Below, piece by piece: positions 23,775-34,012 of a DNA stretch of 55,424 bases. The stretch's first letter is position 1; every line of letters starts with the position of its first letter. The notes under the pieces were generated by a model that had not been told where the DNA came from, ran no database searches, and saw nothing but the letters and a program-made list of their open reading frames with translations. Location of the stretch: IMG/VR virus record IMGVR_UViG_3300017589_000282, positions 1 to 55,424 of that record; one strand, 5' to 3'. The position numbers were made by a program, and so were the translations under genes. This stretch comes from a virus. Its lineage: Duplodnaviria; Caudoviricetes.

Positions 23775-25145
23775 ATGAAAAAGTTTGATTTTTTGAAAGG
23801 AGGCGGCTTAGTAATGCTGCTTATCATGTTAGTATGTGCGGCATTTGGTGTCGTGGATGGTTCTGTTTTGGCTGCCGATGCTACGGCTATGGCAGGTGGT
23901 GGTGTTGCCGTAACGGGTGAAACAGTAACAACCCAGGTAATTCGTGAGAATGTAGACAGTTTACTTCTTAACGACATTGAACGAAAAGTTGTTAAGATTA
24001 GACCTATGGGTAACCCGTTGGAACAGTTGGCTCGTTATGCGACAAGACGTTCGTCTAAATCGCAGATTCACGAGTACTACTCTACCGATACCATCCCATC
24101 AGCTGCAAAGATGTCCGGTGTTTATACGGAGGAAACTGTAACTGGTGCTCCGCAGGTAACAATCAACACAACGAACAACGCTATTTTCTCTATTTACGAA
24201 ACTGTCATTGTTCCTGGCGTAAAGGGATGGAATGAAGCAGGGACTGCACAGACAGAAGAATTTCTACAGTTGTACATTGTGGATAAAGCTGCCGATGGCA
24301 AGCTGATTGTAAAGCCTGTAAACGGAAAAGTGATTGGTGCTACTGAAAATGCAATGCCAACAATTGCGGATCAAAAAGTTCTAATTCGTGCAGGTAGAGC
24401 GCACAACGAAACTGACATGAGAACAACTACTTACGCAGCCGTTCCGACAAAGAGGAAACAGTATTTGCAGATTTTTAGAGCGCAGATTGAAGAATCTACT
24501 CTTGCGAAAATGGCAGACAAAGAGGCTGACTGGTCATTCTCTGACTTGGAAGAAGAAGCAATCTTCGACATGAAGCGTGGTATGAATAAATCTTTTTGGC
24601 TTGGTGCTAAGAGAATCATCTATGACGCAAAGAAGAAAGAAGTATTCATGACTGGTGGTATTTGGTGGCAAGCAGGTAAATCCTTCTTGTATGGTAAATC
24701 AGCATTAGATACACAGTTTGATAACGACATGTTGGTCGAACTATGTAAGAAGTCATTTACTGGTAATGCCGGGAATCGTGAGAAGATTTTCATTGTAGGT
24801 TCTGACCTTATGGCTAACCTTTCTAAAATGACTATCGACAAGACAATGAACGATGAAAAGACCATGACACGATGGGGTATCAAGTTCAAAGTTATTGAAA
24901 CGAACTTCGGAACATTGCACCTGGTTCATGATGAATCATTAGACGAAATGGGATTCTCTGCAAACGGATTGATTTTTGATCCAAACTACCTACGTAAGAT
25001 CAGTGTTCATGAGCTTAAAACCCTCGACCTTGACCTTAGAAAGTCTGGAGAAAGCGATGTTGATGCTCGTACTATCAGTGAGATATCAGCTATCATTTTA
25101 CAGAATCCGGATGCTCACGTAAGAGTAATGCCAATTGCTGCGTAA
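23775..25145 (+). CDS. Major capsid protein with an N-terminal hydrophobic, signal-like segment
   Basis: 456 aa; position after the scaffold; QYLQIFR..IEES..A, FMTGGIW and TNFGTLHLV segments typical of podoviral HK97-fold capsids; N-terminus MKKFDFLKGGGLVMLLIMLVCAAFGVV. Confidence 0.75.
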   Translation: MKKFDFLKGGGLVMLLIMLVCAAFGVVDGSVLAADATAMAGGGVAVTGETVTTQVIRENVDSLLLNDIERKVVKIRPMGNPLEQLARYATRRSSKSQIHEYYSTDTIPSAAKMSGVYTEETVTGAPQVTINTTNNAIFSIYETVIVPGVKGWNEAGTAQTEEFLQLYIVDKAADGKLIVKPVNGKVIGATENAMPTIADQKVLIRAGRAHNETDMRTTTYAAVPTKRKQYLQIFRAQIEESTLAKMADKEADWSFSDLEEEAIFDMKRGMNKSFWLGAKRIIYDAKKKEVFMTGGIWWQAGKSFLYGKSALDTQFDNDMLVELCKKSFTGNAGNREKIFIVGSDLMANLSKMTIDKTMNDEKTMTRWGIKFKVIETNFGTLHLVHDESLDEMGFSANGLIFDPNYLRKISVHELKTLDLDLRKSGESDVDARTISEISAIILQNPDAHVRVMPIAA

Positions 25146-25525
25146 TGATCAAGACCTATAAAGCAAACAACAATCTTACCGTTCCAGTAGTGGTGAACGG
25201 TAAGATCGTTAAGTATGTAGACTTTTTAGAAGCAAATCATACTTACGTTACCAATAGTGAACAGGAACAAGAGGCTTTAGAATCATTGGATTCATTCGGT
25301 GTTTCTTACAAGCTAGTTGAAACAAAAGGCGAAGTCAAAGAAGAAGAAAAGAAGGAGTTTGATCCAACTGTATTTGATGAAGTGACTAGCCTGGCAGAAG
25401 CAAAGAATGTCCTAAAAGGTGGACCGTATAACGTGATTTACCAACGGTTGAATAATCCGGAGGCTGTTATTGCTAGAGCTACGGAATTGAACGTTTCTTT
25501 CCCCAATTTAAAACTGGAACAATAA
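25145..25525 (+). CDS. Hypothetical virion-associated protein
   Basis: TAATG coupling to the capsid gene; 126 aa. Confidence 0.65.
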   Translation: MIKTYKANNNLTVPVVVNGKIVKYVDFLEANHTYVTNSEQEQEALESLDSFGVSYKLVETKGEVKEEEKKEFDPTVFDEVTSLAEAKNVLKGGPYNVIYQRLNNPEAVIARATELNVSFPNLKLEQ

Positions 25526-25526
25526 A

Positions 25527-26135
25527 ATGACAGCGCAGGATATAACAACTAAGGTGAGAGCCATAATGAATGAGGCAGGAGCAGAGGAAACACTCACACT
25601 TCTTTCCGAAGATACAGTAAAACTTGACACATACATCGAGAGTGTAATTCCGGATGCCTCTAACCTTGTTCTATCTGTTGCCCCTGTGCGTTATATAAAC
25701 ACTAAAAGTGCTACCCCGGTTACTGCAACAGTAGCCGGAAGCACTTTTATTCCTCTCCCGGAGGATTTTTCAAGGCTTGCCTATGTTCAGCTAGCTACAT
25801 GGACCAGGGCGGTATCAGAGGTTTTACTTCTGAATAGTATTGAATACAAAGTAGCTAAGAATCAATTCACGAAGCCAGGTGTTAACAAACCTGCATGCTT
25901 CTTTTCTTACAATGGGGCAGATGAAGCGTTGGAATGTATTCCATCTAGTACTTTATCCCAATTTATTTACGTGCCTACAATAAGCACAAGCGCAGAAGCT
26001 GTAACCGTCCTTAAACAGGAACTATTCTTGCCAGTCTGTTATATGGCTGCTTCCCTTGTGTACAATATATTCGAAAATCAGCCAATGAGTAGCAACATGA
26101 AGGCTGTAGTGACTGACCTACTAAAGCAATTGTAA
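25527..26135 (+). CDS. Putative head-tail adaptor (tail tubular A-like)
   Basis: 202 aa; IPLPEDFSRL motif and helical N- and C-termini typical of adaptors. Confidence 0.5.
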   Translation: MTAQDITTKVRAIMNEAGAEETLTLLSEDTVKLDTYIESVIPDASNLVLSVAPVRYINTKSATPVTATVAGSTFIPLPEDFSRLAYVQLATWTRAVSEVLLLNSIEYKVAKNQFTKPGVNKPACFFSYNGADEALECIPSSTLSQFIYVPTISTSAEAVTVLKQELFLPVCYMAASLVYNIFENQPMSSNMKAVVTDLLKQL

Positions 26136-26136
26136 A

Positions 26137-26991
26137 ATGGCTTATAATATTGACGAAATAAACGGTGATATAGAATATGAGATTATTGGAGATCAAATCA
26201 TATTCAGACTTAAGCCGGGAACAATTCCGCCAAGCAGTGGAGGCGCAATAACAAATCTAATAAAAAATGCTGATGAGACGGTCGCTACTGATTCTAATGT
26301 CTTTTCGGCTTTGCGTACAATAACTGAGATAAGCAAACTCATAAACAGCGGTTCATCCGAACAAAGCAATTTATACCTAAAAAAAGACTTCGCTGAAACA
26401 GCCACACAACCATTCCCATTTCCTAAAGGAATTAGTATAGGTAGTGCAAACCTTACATGGGATGAGCTGTCTGGAGCATTAAAGTTGAGCGAATCCGTTT
26501 ATTCCGAAAAGGAATTGTCAGCATATGGTGCAGGAGGTACTGGAGGTGCAGGAGGTGGACCAGCATCTGCATTGTGGGAATTGGTAGATGTTTCTGACGG
26601 TGTATTCAATGCTACTGATGGTAGCGTATTGCAGAAAGTAAATGGAGAGTGGGTTGCAAGATTGTATGATTTTTTCAGAAGGGGTCTATCAGACTCATCT
26701 GGCAGGATTATAGAAACCCCCGAAGATTACAAGTTGAGAGTGCCTAAAGGATTGAGATACGTAGGATTGTCTGTAACTCTTAGAACCAACCCAACTGATA
26801 CTACTTATACAAAATATGAATTTAGAGACGGCATTGAAGATTACGACTTTGTCCCCGTCAACTACTTTATAGGAATAGATGAATACATCGAAGATAGCTT
26901 TACTTCTACTTCGAAAAGCAAAGCACTAAGTGCGAATAAGGGTCGAGAATTATATGGAATGACTATAAATATTAATGGAGGAACATACTAA
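26137..26991 (+). CDS. Tail fibre-related protein
   Basis: SNVFSALR, ELSAYGAGGTGG and ALSANKGREL motifs; ends GGTY. Confidence 0.6.
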   Translation: MAYNIDEINGDIEYEIIGDQIIFRLKPGTIPPSSGGAITNLIKNADETVATDSNVFSALRTITEISKLINSGSSEQSNLYLKKDFAETATQPFPFPKGISIGSANLTWDELSGALKLSESVYSEKELSAYGAGGTGGAGGGPASALWELVDVSDGVFNATDGSVLQKVNGEWVARLYDFFRRGLSDSSGRIIETPEDYKLRVPKGLRYVGLSVTLRTNPTDTTYTKYEFRDGIEDYDFVPVNYFIGIDEYIEDSFTSTSKSKALSANKGRELYGMTININGGTY

Positions 26992-27005
26992 AAAAAAACT
27001 AAAAC

Positions 27006-28769
27006 ATGGCTGAAATACAGAAAATACAGCATCTAAGATCATCAAGTCCAACTGTGGTTGGTGGAACACTGGCAAAGGCTCCAACAGTTCTTTTGAACGG
27101 GCAAATTGCCATTAATGACATTGCAACGGACCCAACTATTTTTTTAAAGGATTCATCTGGTGCAATAGTTGAGTTTAAAGGACGTGCCTTTGTTGAGAAC
27201 CTTATCAACACACTTTCGGGAGGGGCAATGCTTACAGACGTTGGTTATCGAAATGTACTTGAAGTGGCGAATACACTAAAGACATTTCTTACTGGGACCA
27301 ATGATGCCGATATTGTTATAAACAAGTGGACGGAGCTACAAGGTTTCCTTAATGCCATACCAGATAGTGCAACAACTCTAATCGACATGTTTGCAGCTTT
27401 GGCTGGAAATGGTTTGACACAAGTAACAACTACGGCAGGAGATGGTACAAAGTCAGTAAAAATAGCTGTGGATAATGCAGATGATAGTTTAACTGTTGGT
27501 ACTACAGGAGTAAAAGTAAATACTGTTAACACCTTAACAAGTACTTCAACAACTCAACCTTTATCCGCAGCGCAGGGTAAAGCTCTTAATGATGGTAAGG
27601 TTCCAAATGCTAGGACTGTTACAGCAGGTAATGGTTTAACAGGTGGCGGTGCTTTATCGGCCAATGTTACCTTAAATGTAGCTTCGGCCAATGATGGTAT
27701 TACCGTTAATACTGATAGCATACAGCTTAACACGGTAGATTCCTTAACAGATACCAGCACAACTAAACCACTTTCTGCAGCTAAGGGTAAAAACCTTAAT
27801 GATAGAATTATACCATTTGAAAATGCATTTACCTTTGAAGGAACAGGAACAGAAGCTGATCCATACAAAGTAAAGGTTAACTATAGCATTTATTCAGTTG
27901 GTGAAGTGTCTGCCTATGGAGCTGGTGGTGCTACAGGAGGTGGAGGAACAGGAGGGGCAGGTGCATTGTACGAATGTTCAGATGCGGCAATTGCCAGCTA
28001 TAATCCTTCTGCTACAGCAAGTAAAGCGTTAGCGTCTGGTGATGTTTTGGTTTTCGATGGAACTCATTGGCGAAATGTTACAAATAACACATCTTTGGTA
28101 AGTGGGTTAGATGCTATTATTACGGAACTTAGAAGATTAGCTAGTGCAACTAATGACGGCTTGATGTCTAAATCAAACTTTAGTAAATTAGGCAATATCA
28201 CTTCTTATGTATCTACCTTAGGGGCTGTTGCTACTTCTGCAACCAATAACACAATAACTGTAACAACTTACAACCCTGAAACTGGTGTAGATTCAGATAC
28301 AACACTTACATTTCCATCTGCAACAGCGTCAATAGCTGGTTTAATGAGTGCGGCTGATAAAGCTAAATTAGATGGAATTGCTGCAGGTGCAAACAATTAC
28401 ACTCACCCAAACAGTGGTGTAACTGCCGGAACTTTTAAAAGTGTAACAGTCAATGCGGCAGGACACGTAACAGGAGGAACAAATCCTACTACATTAGCTG
28501 GGTTTGGAATTACTGATGCAGCTCCTTCTTCACACGTTGGAGCAACAGGTACAGCACACGGTGCAGCAACTACTGCTGTAAATGGATTTATGTCTAGTGC
28601 AGATAAAACCAAATTGGATGGAATAGCTACTGGAGCTAATAACTATGTTCACCCTACCACATCCGGTAACAAACATATTCCTTCAGCCGGGGCTGCTGGT
28701 AATATATTGGTTTATTCGGCAGATGGAACCGCTGTTTGGTCTAATGTAATAGATTGTGGAACTTATTAA
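27006..28769 (+). CDS. Tail fibre protein
   Basis: Repeats PLSAA[QK]GK.LN x2 and G[LF]MS.ADK.KLDGIA.GANNY.HP x2; VTVNAAGHVT; ends CGTY. Confidence 0.75.
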   Translation: MAEIQKIQHLRSSSPTVVGGTLAKAPTVLLNGQIAINDIATDPTIFLKDSSGAIVEFKGRAFVENLINTLSGGAMLTDVGYRNVLEVANTLKTFLTGTNDADIVINKWTELQGFLNAIPDSATTLIDMFAALAGNGLTQVTTTAGDGTKSVKIAVDNADDSLTVGTTGVKVNTVNTLTSTSTTQPLSAAQGKALNDGKVPNARTVTAGNGLTGGGALSANVTLNVASANDGITVNTDSIQLNTVDSLTDTSTTKPLSAAKGKNLNDRIIPFENAFTFEGTGTEADPYKVKVNYSIYSVGEVSAYGAGGATGGGGTGGAGALYECSDAAIASYNPSATASKALASGDVLVFDGTHWRNVTNNTSLVSGLDAIITELRRLASATNDGLMSKSNFSKLGNITSYVSTLGAVATSATNNTITVTTYNPETGVDSDTTLTFPSATASIAGLMSAADKAKLDGIAAGANNYTHPNSGVTAGTFKSVTVNAAGHVTGGTNPTTLAGFGITDAAPSSHVGATGTAHGAATTAVNGFMSSADKTKLDGIATGANNYVHPTTSGNKHIPSAGAAGNILVYSADGTAVWSNVIDCGTY

Positions 28770-28778
28770 TAATTTTGC

Positions 28779-31580
28779 ATGGACATACTTCATATAAGAA
28801 ACAACATGTTGGACGGGGTACGAGCTCGTGCCCCGATAGATTTACCACACGGACAAATAGCGTTAAACTACAAGTCCGGGTATGAATCTCTTTTTATGAA
28901 AAATGACACAGGTGGTATTGTTACTTTGAATGATTGGAGCAAAATATTAAATAAACCATCTTCTCTTGTGGCACTTGTTATAGGAACACAGACCGCGGCC
29001 ACATCAAGCTGGACCGGAGTGTTAGATTCAGTCACTGAGCTGTATGATGGGCTAACCATTAATTACTGGCTACCAGTTGCCGGAGTTAGCTCTGCAACAT
29101 TAAATTTAACCTTATCTGGAGGGGTGACAACAGGGGCCATAAACCTTTATTATGGAGGAACATCAAGATTAACAACACATTACGGTGCGGGAAATATAAT
29201 TCAACTCACATATAGAATTAATGCAAGCATCAATGGGATTTCTTTTACCGGATGGTGGGCAAAAGCTAATTACGATTCATCTGATAACTTCACACACAGG
29301 AGATATGGGGTGTTTAAAATTGGATCAACAGCAATTGCCGCTAACACAATTGTAGGATATGACAATGATGGTTTAATAGTAAACGCATTAACAACCCCAT
29401 TTGTATTTAACCAATCAATTTTATGGTGCGGAACCGCTTACAAAGCCAATACGGCATCAAGCAACGCTAACATGTATGAGGCTCATTATTCTGTAAGTAT
29501 TGCAGGAACAGGCATAGCATCATTAGTTCTTTACAAGCCCATCTATCTAAAGGGAACGATTGACGGAAATATGTTTACAGCCAGCTCTTTAACCCAAACA
29601 GAACCAACCTCAGATGATGGTTGTGCATATTTGTTAATTGGCGTGCCACAGACTGTTACGAATACTATTCAATTTTTCCTTAAGAATTGGATTTACATCT
29701 ATAAAGATGGGGCATTAAGATTATATGCAGGTCATGCAGAATCAGCCTCTAAATTAACCAACACTCGAGTTATCTCATTGCTTGGTGATGCTGGCGGTTC
29801 AGTTGCATTTGATGGAAGTAAAGACGTCAATCTAACGGTTACAAACAATGCTTTAAAAAGCGACACTGGTCAAATAACCGATTTACTAACACTTCCTTCT
29901 TCAGTTGGTGCAGGATATTGGTCCAACTCTGCATTAAATAAACCTGCAGACTATGGTACTATTTTAGATATTAAAGCACCAAATGTAAGTTGGTACAATA
30001 GACTTGCGTTCAGTACCTTGGGTGATATATTTTATTATACTGGGATTAACTCAGCTAATATGAGTTATTGCGGTAAGTTAGCATTTACCACAAGTACGGT
30101 TGCTGCTGCTACTAAACTAGCTAACATCCGTACAATTTTCGGGCAAAATTTTGATGGAACTGGAAATGTAATGGGTAACATAAGTGGCAGTTGGTTCGCA
30201 ATTAATGATGTTGTGGCTAACCCCTATTTAAAGTTACTCGAAAACTCAAATGCCTGGTATTTACAAGGCTATCAAAATAAACTTTATTTAGGTTCGGGTA
30301 CGTCTAATTCACTAAACCTTGATGCGGCTGGTAATGTCGGAGTTGTGGGAGTGTTGACTGCTAACAGAGTTAATACCGTGTCTGAATCTCATATGTCTGT
30401 TGGAGCTTATGCAGACCCTGCGAGTGGAATTGGAGCAGCATTGAAAGTGACTGGAAATTTTGCGGCTGGTGGTAATAGCTATTTTTCTGGTGGAAACGTG
30501 TTAATTAATACATTGACAGATGCTGGTTATAAACTTGATGTTAACGGTGCATCTAGAATTTTTGGAGGTCTTCATCTAAATTCGGAAGGATGGCTTAATC
30601 TTTATAATGCAGCAAATACGAGTAGAATAAGCATAAGTCATAATAGTTCAGCTTCTAAGGTTGATATTTATAACAGAACATTAAACAACTGGGCAACAGT
30701 GCAATGCGGAAACATTGAAACGCAAACAATTAGTATGTATAACGACCAAACGGAGCGATTTATTAGAAGTAATGTTTTCGGCGGTGCGATTCGTTTGCGT
30801 GGAAACTCTGCAGCGGCAACTGATAGAGGTATTCGATTTGGAAGGGTTGATAATTCTTTAAATTGGTTATCTCAGATGGCTATTAATGCAGACACAGGTA
30901 ACGTTATGATCAATACTATAACGGATGCAGGTTATAAATTAGATGTTAATGGGACGGGTAGATTTGTAAGTAACTTAATATCAAACGGATATATGTCTGC
31001 TAATGGTATTGTCTATGCTGGTGGTGGTCTTGTTAGCTATAACAATGCGTCAGTAAGCGGCACAAGTTACAATTTGTTAACGTTAAATCGGCAAACAGAT
31101 GCAGGTTCATCTATTTTATTTTCAAATGCCTCCGCTAATTTGGGAAAAATTGGCTTTGACGCCTTTGGGGTTTTGCATATTGGAAATGGAACTAGTACTG
31201 ACGGAGTAGGAAATATGATACAAATTACAAGCGGTGGCAATCTAACAGCAATGGGTGAAATAACCGCTTATTCTGCATCAGACAGGCGTTTAAAGACAGA
31301 CATACAACAGATCACCAGTGCAATGGATGTTGTTGATAAATTAAACCCAGTCAGCTATAAATGGAATAATGTAGCAAGAAAATTGAACCCAAATAAAACA
31401 TATGATAGGGATTTCGGCCTTATTGCGCAAGAACTTGAAGAAGTGTTGCCGGAGATGGTCCACTCTATTTATGGAGGAGAATATAAATCAGTAGATTATG
31501 TAAAGATCGTTCCTTTTCTTATTGGAGCTATTAAAGAACTAAAAATAGAAATTAATAAATTAAACAAAAATGAAAATTAA
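28779..31580 (+). CDS. Tail fibre/spike with a C-terminal S74-type intramolecular chaperone
   Basis: GNV.INT.TDAGYKLDVNG x2; SDRRLKTDI...GLIAQELEEVLPE...VDY. Confidence 0.85.
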   Translation: MDILHIRNNMLDGVRARAPIDLPHGQIALNYKSGYESLFMKNDTGGIVTLNDWSKILNKPSSLVALVIGTQTAATSSWTGVLDSVTELYDGLTINYWLPVAGVSSATLNLTLSGGVTTGAINLYYGGTSRLTTHYGAGNIIQLTYRINASINGISFTGWWAKANYDSSDNFTHRRYGVFKIGSTAIAANTIVGYDNDGLIVNALTTPFVFNQSILWCGTAYKANTASSNANMYEAHYSVSIAGTGIASLVLYKPIYLKGTIDGNMFTASSLTQTEPTSDDGCAYLLIGVPQTVTNTIQFFLKNWIYIYKDGALRLYAGHAESASKLTNTRVISLLGDAGGSVAFDGSKDVNLTVTNNALKSDTGQITDLLTLPSSVGAGYWSNSALNKPADYGTILDIKAPNVSWYNRLAFSTLGDIFYYTGINSANMSYCGKLAFTTSTVAAATKLANIRTIFGQNFDGTGNVMGNISGSWFAINDVVANPYLKLLENSNAWYLQGYQNKLYLGSGTSNSLNLDAAGNVGVVGVLTANRVNTVSESHMSVGAYADPASGIGAALKVTGNFAAGGNSYFSGGNVLINTLTDAGYKLDVNGASRIFGGLHLNSEGWLNLYNAANTSRISISHNSSASKVDIYNRTLNNWATVQCGNIETQTISMYNDQTERFIRSNVFGGAIRLRGNSAAATDRGIRFGRVDNSLNWLSQMAINADTGNVMINTITDAGYKLDVNGTGRFVSNLISNGYMSANGIVYAGGGLVSYNNASVSGTSYNLLTLNRQTDAGSSILFSNASANLGKIGFDAFGVLHIGNGTSTDGVGNMIQITSGGNLTAMGEITAYSASDRRLKTDIQQITSAMDVVDKLNPVSYKWNNVARKLNPNKTYDRDFGLIAQELEEVLPEMVHSIYGGEYKSVDYVKIVPFLIGAIKELKIEINKLNKNEN

Positions 31581-31989
31581 GAAGACTATTAAAATGACTA
31601 GAAATGAAGCCATAATTCTTAATCAAGTATTAGCCAATGTTATGGTGACTGGCATGTCGATTAATGCCCGTAAAAAATTGATCTGTTTAAAAGTTGAGTT
31701 AGGCAAGATACACAGAGATGCTGAAGAGTATAAAAACAAAACTATTGAATCTCACAAACCTAAGAATTTTGAAGACATTCAGACTGATGGGAGCGATGAA
31801 GGAAGAATGGCTTTTGATACTCTCTTAAAAGAGCTTGATGCAAGAGTGGCAGAAATTATAAATCCTTATTCTGAAGAATTTGTAGAGATTTCATCTGAAA
31901 AAATAGCTAGTGATGAATTTGACAAGTTGACAGAGGTTAATGACCTTACTCTTGCTGCTTATGAATTTTTAAACCAAAAATTATTATAA
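31570..31989 (+). CDS. Hypothetical helical protein; possible tail fibre chaperone
   Basis: 139 aa, overlaps the end of the fibre gene. Confidence 0.6.
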   Translation: MKIKKTIKMTRNEAIILNQVLANVMVTGMSINARKKLICLKVELGKIHRDAEEYKNKTIESHKPKNFEDIQTDGSDEGRMAFDTLLKELDARVAEIINPYSEEFVEISSEKIASDEFDKLTEVNDLTLAAYEFLNQKLL

Positions 31990-31990
31990 A

Positions 31991-33040
31991 ATGGCACTAA
32001 CAACAACAGCTATAACAACAACGATTGTGAAACAAGCAATTGGTGTTGGAAGTTTTAACGTTGGAACACTTTGCAAAAGTACAAACATCAATAGGTGGAG
32101 CAAATACAAGCCAGTTAGGTATGCAGATGTTGATCCTGTAAGGGGCACGGGGGCCGTATGGTGGAAAGCTAATGACGGTAATTGTGGATTAAACATACCC
32201 AATTATCCATCAATGGCTGCAATGTTTACAGCCTTAAGGAATAATGTTACAATGTGGGACTATTTGCAGCCATCTGGAGGGTCTTCTCAGCCTTTCAGAA
32301 TTTATGATTTTGGAGGTTATGAACATTCTGCAAAGCCGCCTTTAGTTCCTATGGTATTAAACCCAAAGTATTACGCTTCACTCGGTAATCTAGGTGCATC
32401 ATTGGATTTGCGTGTGCAAAGTGCCTATGAGCTGGCTATTGGAGATATAGGTGTTACTTATAATTTAGGCTCCATGTATTATGGTGTTGCCATATGCAAA
32501 CAGGGGACAGCTGGCTATAAATATATGACACAAACAGTAAATATTGCAACGAGCCAGGGTGGAGCAATTGATGTACCAATAAGTTCTGAATTGGGAAAAT
32601 ATGAGGTTGTATATTTTTTAGCATCAAACCCAAAAGCTCTTCTTTCGGACCCAGATAAAGTGAATGCGTTTATCCCAGTACCTAATGCAATGCAAATTGT
32701 GGATATTCAATCTACACCAATCTCAGTCACTGTCAGCGGTACGTTTGCTCTACAAACAGCAAAATATTCAATTATAATTTACAATGGGTACGGAGTACAA
32801 ATGTCAATCAACGGATGTAATATTGCCTTTAGATATGGAGATAAAGCGCCATCTGAAACATTGGTGATGGGTGAAAAAACAAAAAGCTTGGGTAACGTGG
32901 TGGTTCCGGCTAATTCATCTATAACATTGACGGGAACTATAGCCGCAGTTGGAACAGAATATGCAACAAGAGGGGGATATTTATATTTTACAAATGGAAC
33001 CAATACATTGTATAATAAAAGGGGTGAATTTGGAGCATAA
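31991..33040 (+). CDS. Putative virion adhesin or tail-associated protein
   Basis: INRWSKYKPV and PSGGSSQPFRIYDFGGY N-terminal motifs; beta-rich C-terminus. Confidence 0.55.
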   Translation: MALTTTAITTTIVKQAIGVGSFNVGTLCKSTNINRWSKYKPVRYADVDPVRGTGAVWWKANDGNCGLNIPNYPSMAAMFTALRNNVTMWDYLQPSGGSSQPFRIYDFGGYEHSAKPPLVPMVLNPKYYASLGNLGASLDLRVQSAYELAIGDIGVTYNLGSMYYGVAICKQGTAGYKYMTQTVNIATSQGGAIDVPISSELGKYEVVYFLASNPKALLSDPDKVNAFIPVPNAMQIVDIQSTPISVTVSGTFALQTAKYSIIIYNGYGVQMSINGCNIAFRYGDKAPSETLVMGEKTKSLGNVVVPANSSITLTGTIAAVGTEYATRGGYLYFTNGTNTLYNKRGEFGA

Positions 33041-33084
33041 TCGTGATAGGAATTTCGTGTATAATAACTTTTAATAAATATAGA

Positions 33085-33366
33085 ATGACAACAATTAAAA
33101 CAGAACAGAAAGTTCTAAATCTTGAAACTATTTCGGGAGAAGTTAAATTACAAAGTGAAGCACGCCTCGCATCGACAGGGGATATAGTGGGTGTAAACGG
33201 GCAAATTCAAACTAATGGAGGCTATCTCGGATCATTTAATATAAGTCAAGGTCCGGAAGGTAAGTTGAGCACAAATATCAACGTAAGTGATTCTATCCAA
33301 CTTTCGATAGCTTCTACAGCCGTTAATGAGCTTATTGCTGATATTGAAGCGATGAAGACAGTGTAA
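33085..33366 (+). CDS. Hypothetical protein
   Basis: ATG at 33085 after an AT-rich leader preferred over GTG at 33043. Confidence 0.6.
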   Translation: MTTIKTEQKVLNLETISGEVKLQSEARLASTGDIVGVNGQIQTNGGYLGSFNISQGPEGKLSTNINVSDSIQLSIASTAVNELIADIEAMKTV

Positions 33367-33382
33367 GAATATCCAAATTTAT

Positions 33383-33415
33383 AAACCCCCGGTCATTAAC
33401 TTGATTGGGGGTTTT
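33383..33415 (+). terminator. Intrinsic terminator of the structural operon
   Basis: aaaccccc ggtca ttaact tgatt ggggg tttt. Confidence 0.75.
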
Positions 33416-33426
33416 GTGTTTATTGC

Positions 33427-33468
33427 AATTTACGAACGTAACATTATACATTTTAATCTTATACTCGT
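33427..33468 (+). promoter_or_regulatory. Late motif AATTTACG-N26-ATACTCGT
   Basis: 33427-33434 and 33461-33468, upstream of the lysis genes. Confidence 0.65.
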
Positions 33469-33496
33469 TGAATTATTAATTACTAAAATAAGCGAA

Positions 33497-34012
33497 ATGA
33501 AAGATGTATTTGAACAGCTAGCGTTTGTTAAGCCAATGGTAGATGTCGACAACCCTAGGGTGCAGGAGGCAGGAGTGTGGGGTATGGTTTGCACATTAGC
33601 CTCTTTAGTTACCGGGGCGTTTAGGTTTTTATCGGAGGATGTTATGGGGGTGAGTATCCTTTTTACCATTATTCTTTTTGTGATAATGATTGCGGACTAC
33701 ATTACAGGGTTGAAAGCTGCAACAAAAGAGGGTGTACCAAAGAGGTCAAAAAAAGGCTTAAGGTGGGTGATAAAACTAGGCGTTTACATTATGCTTATCT
33801 CCATGTTAAGCTCATTGTGTGCAGAAAGCAAAGAAGTAGAATCAGCTTATGCGACTATGTCGCTTATTAAGATTTATGTAATGTTCCACATTTGCTTTTG
33901 GGAAATAACATCAATTGATGAAAACCTGGAACGTTTGGGGTATAGCTTCCGTATTCTAAAAATACTAAAGGAGGTTCGGAAAATATTCAAATCTAAAATT
34001 GGCGTGAAATGA
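33497..34012 (+). CDS. Holin (phage holin 4-like)
   Basis: TM helices; ADYITG..AA and EITSIDENL motifs; directly before the endolysin; ATG at 33497 chosen as start. Confidence 0.8.
   Translation: MKDVFEQLAFVKPMVDVDNPRVQEAGVWGMVCTLASLVTGAFRFLSEDVMGVSILFTIILFVIMIADYITGLKAATKEGVPKRSKKGLRWVIKLGVYIMLISMLSSLCAESKEVESAYATMSLIKIYVMFHICFWEITSIDENLERLGYSFRILKILKEVRKIFKSKIGVK

Noticed and set aside
27006-31580. Invertible shufflon or DGR-diversified tail fibres
   Set aside because: Repeats are direct, diverged at synonymous sites and protein-level; no invertase, inverted crossover sites or RT seen.
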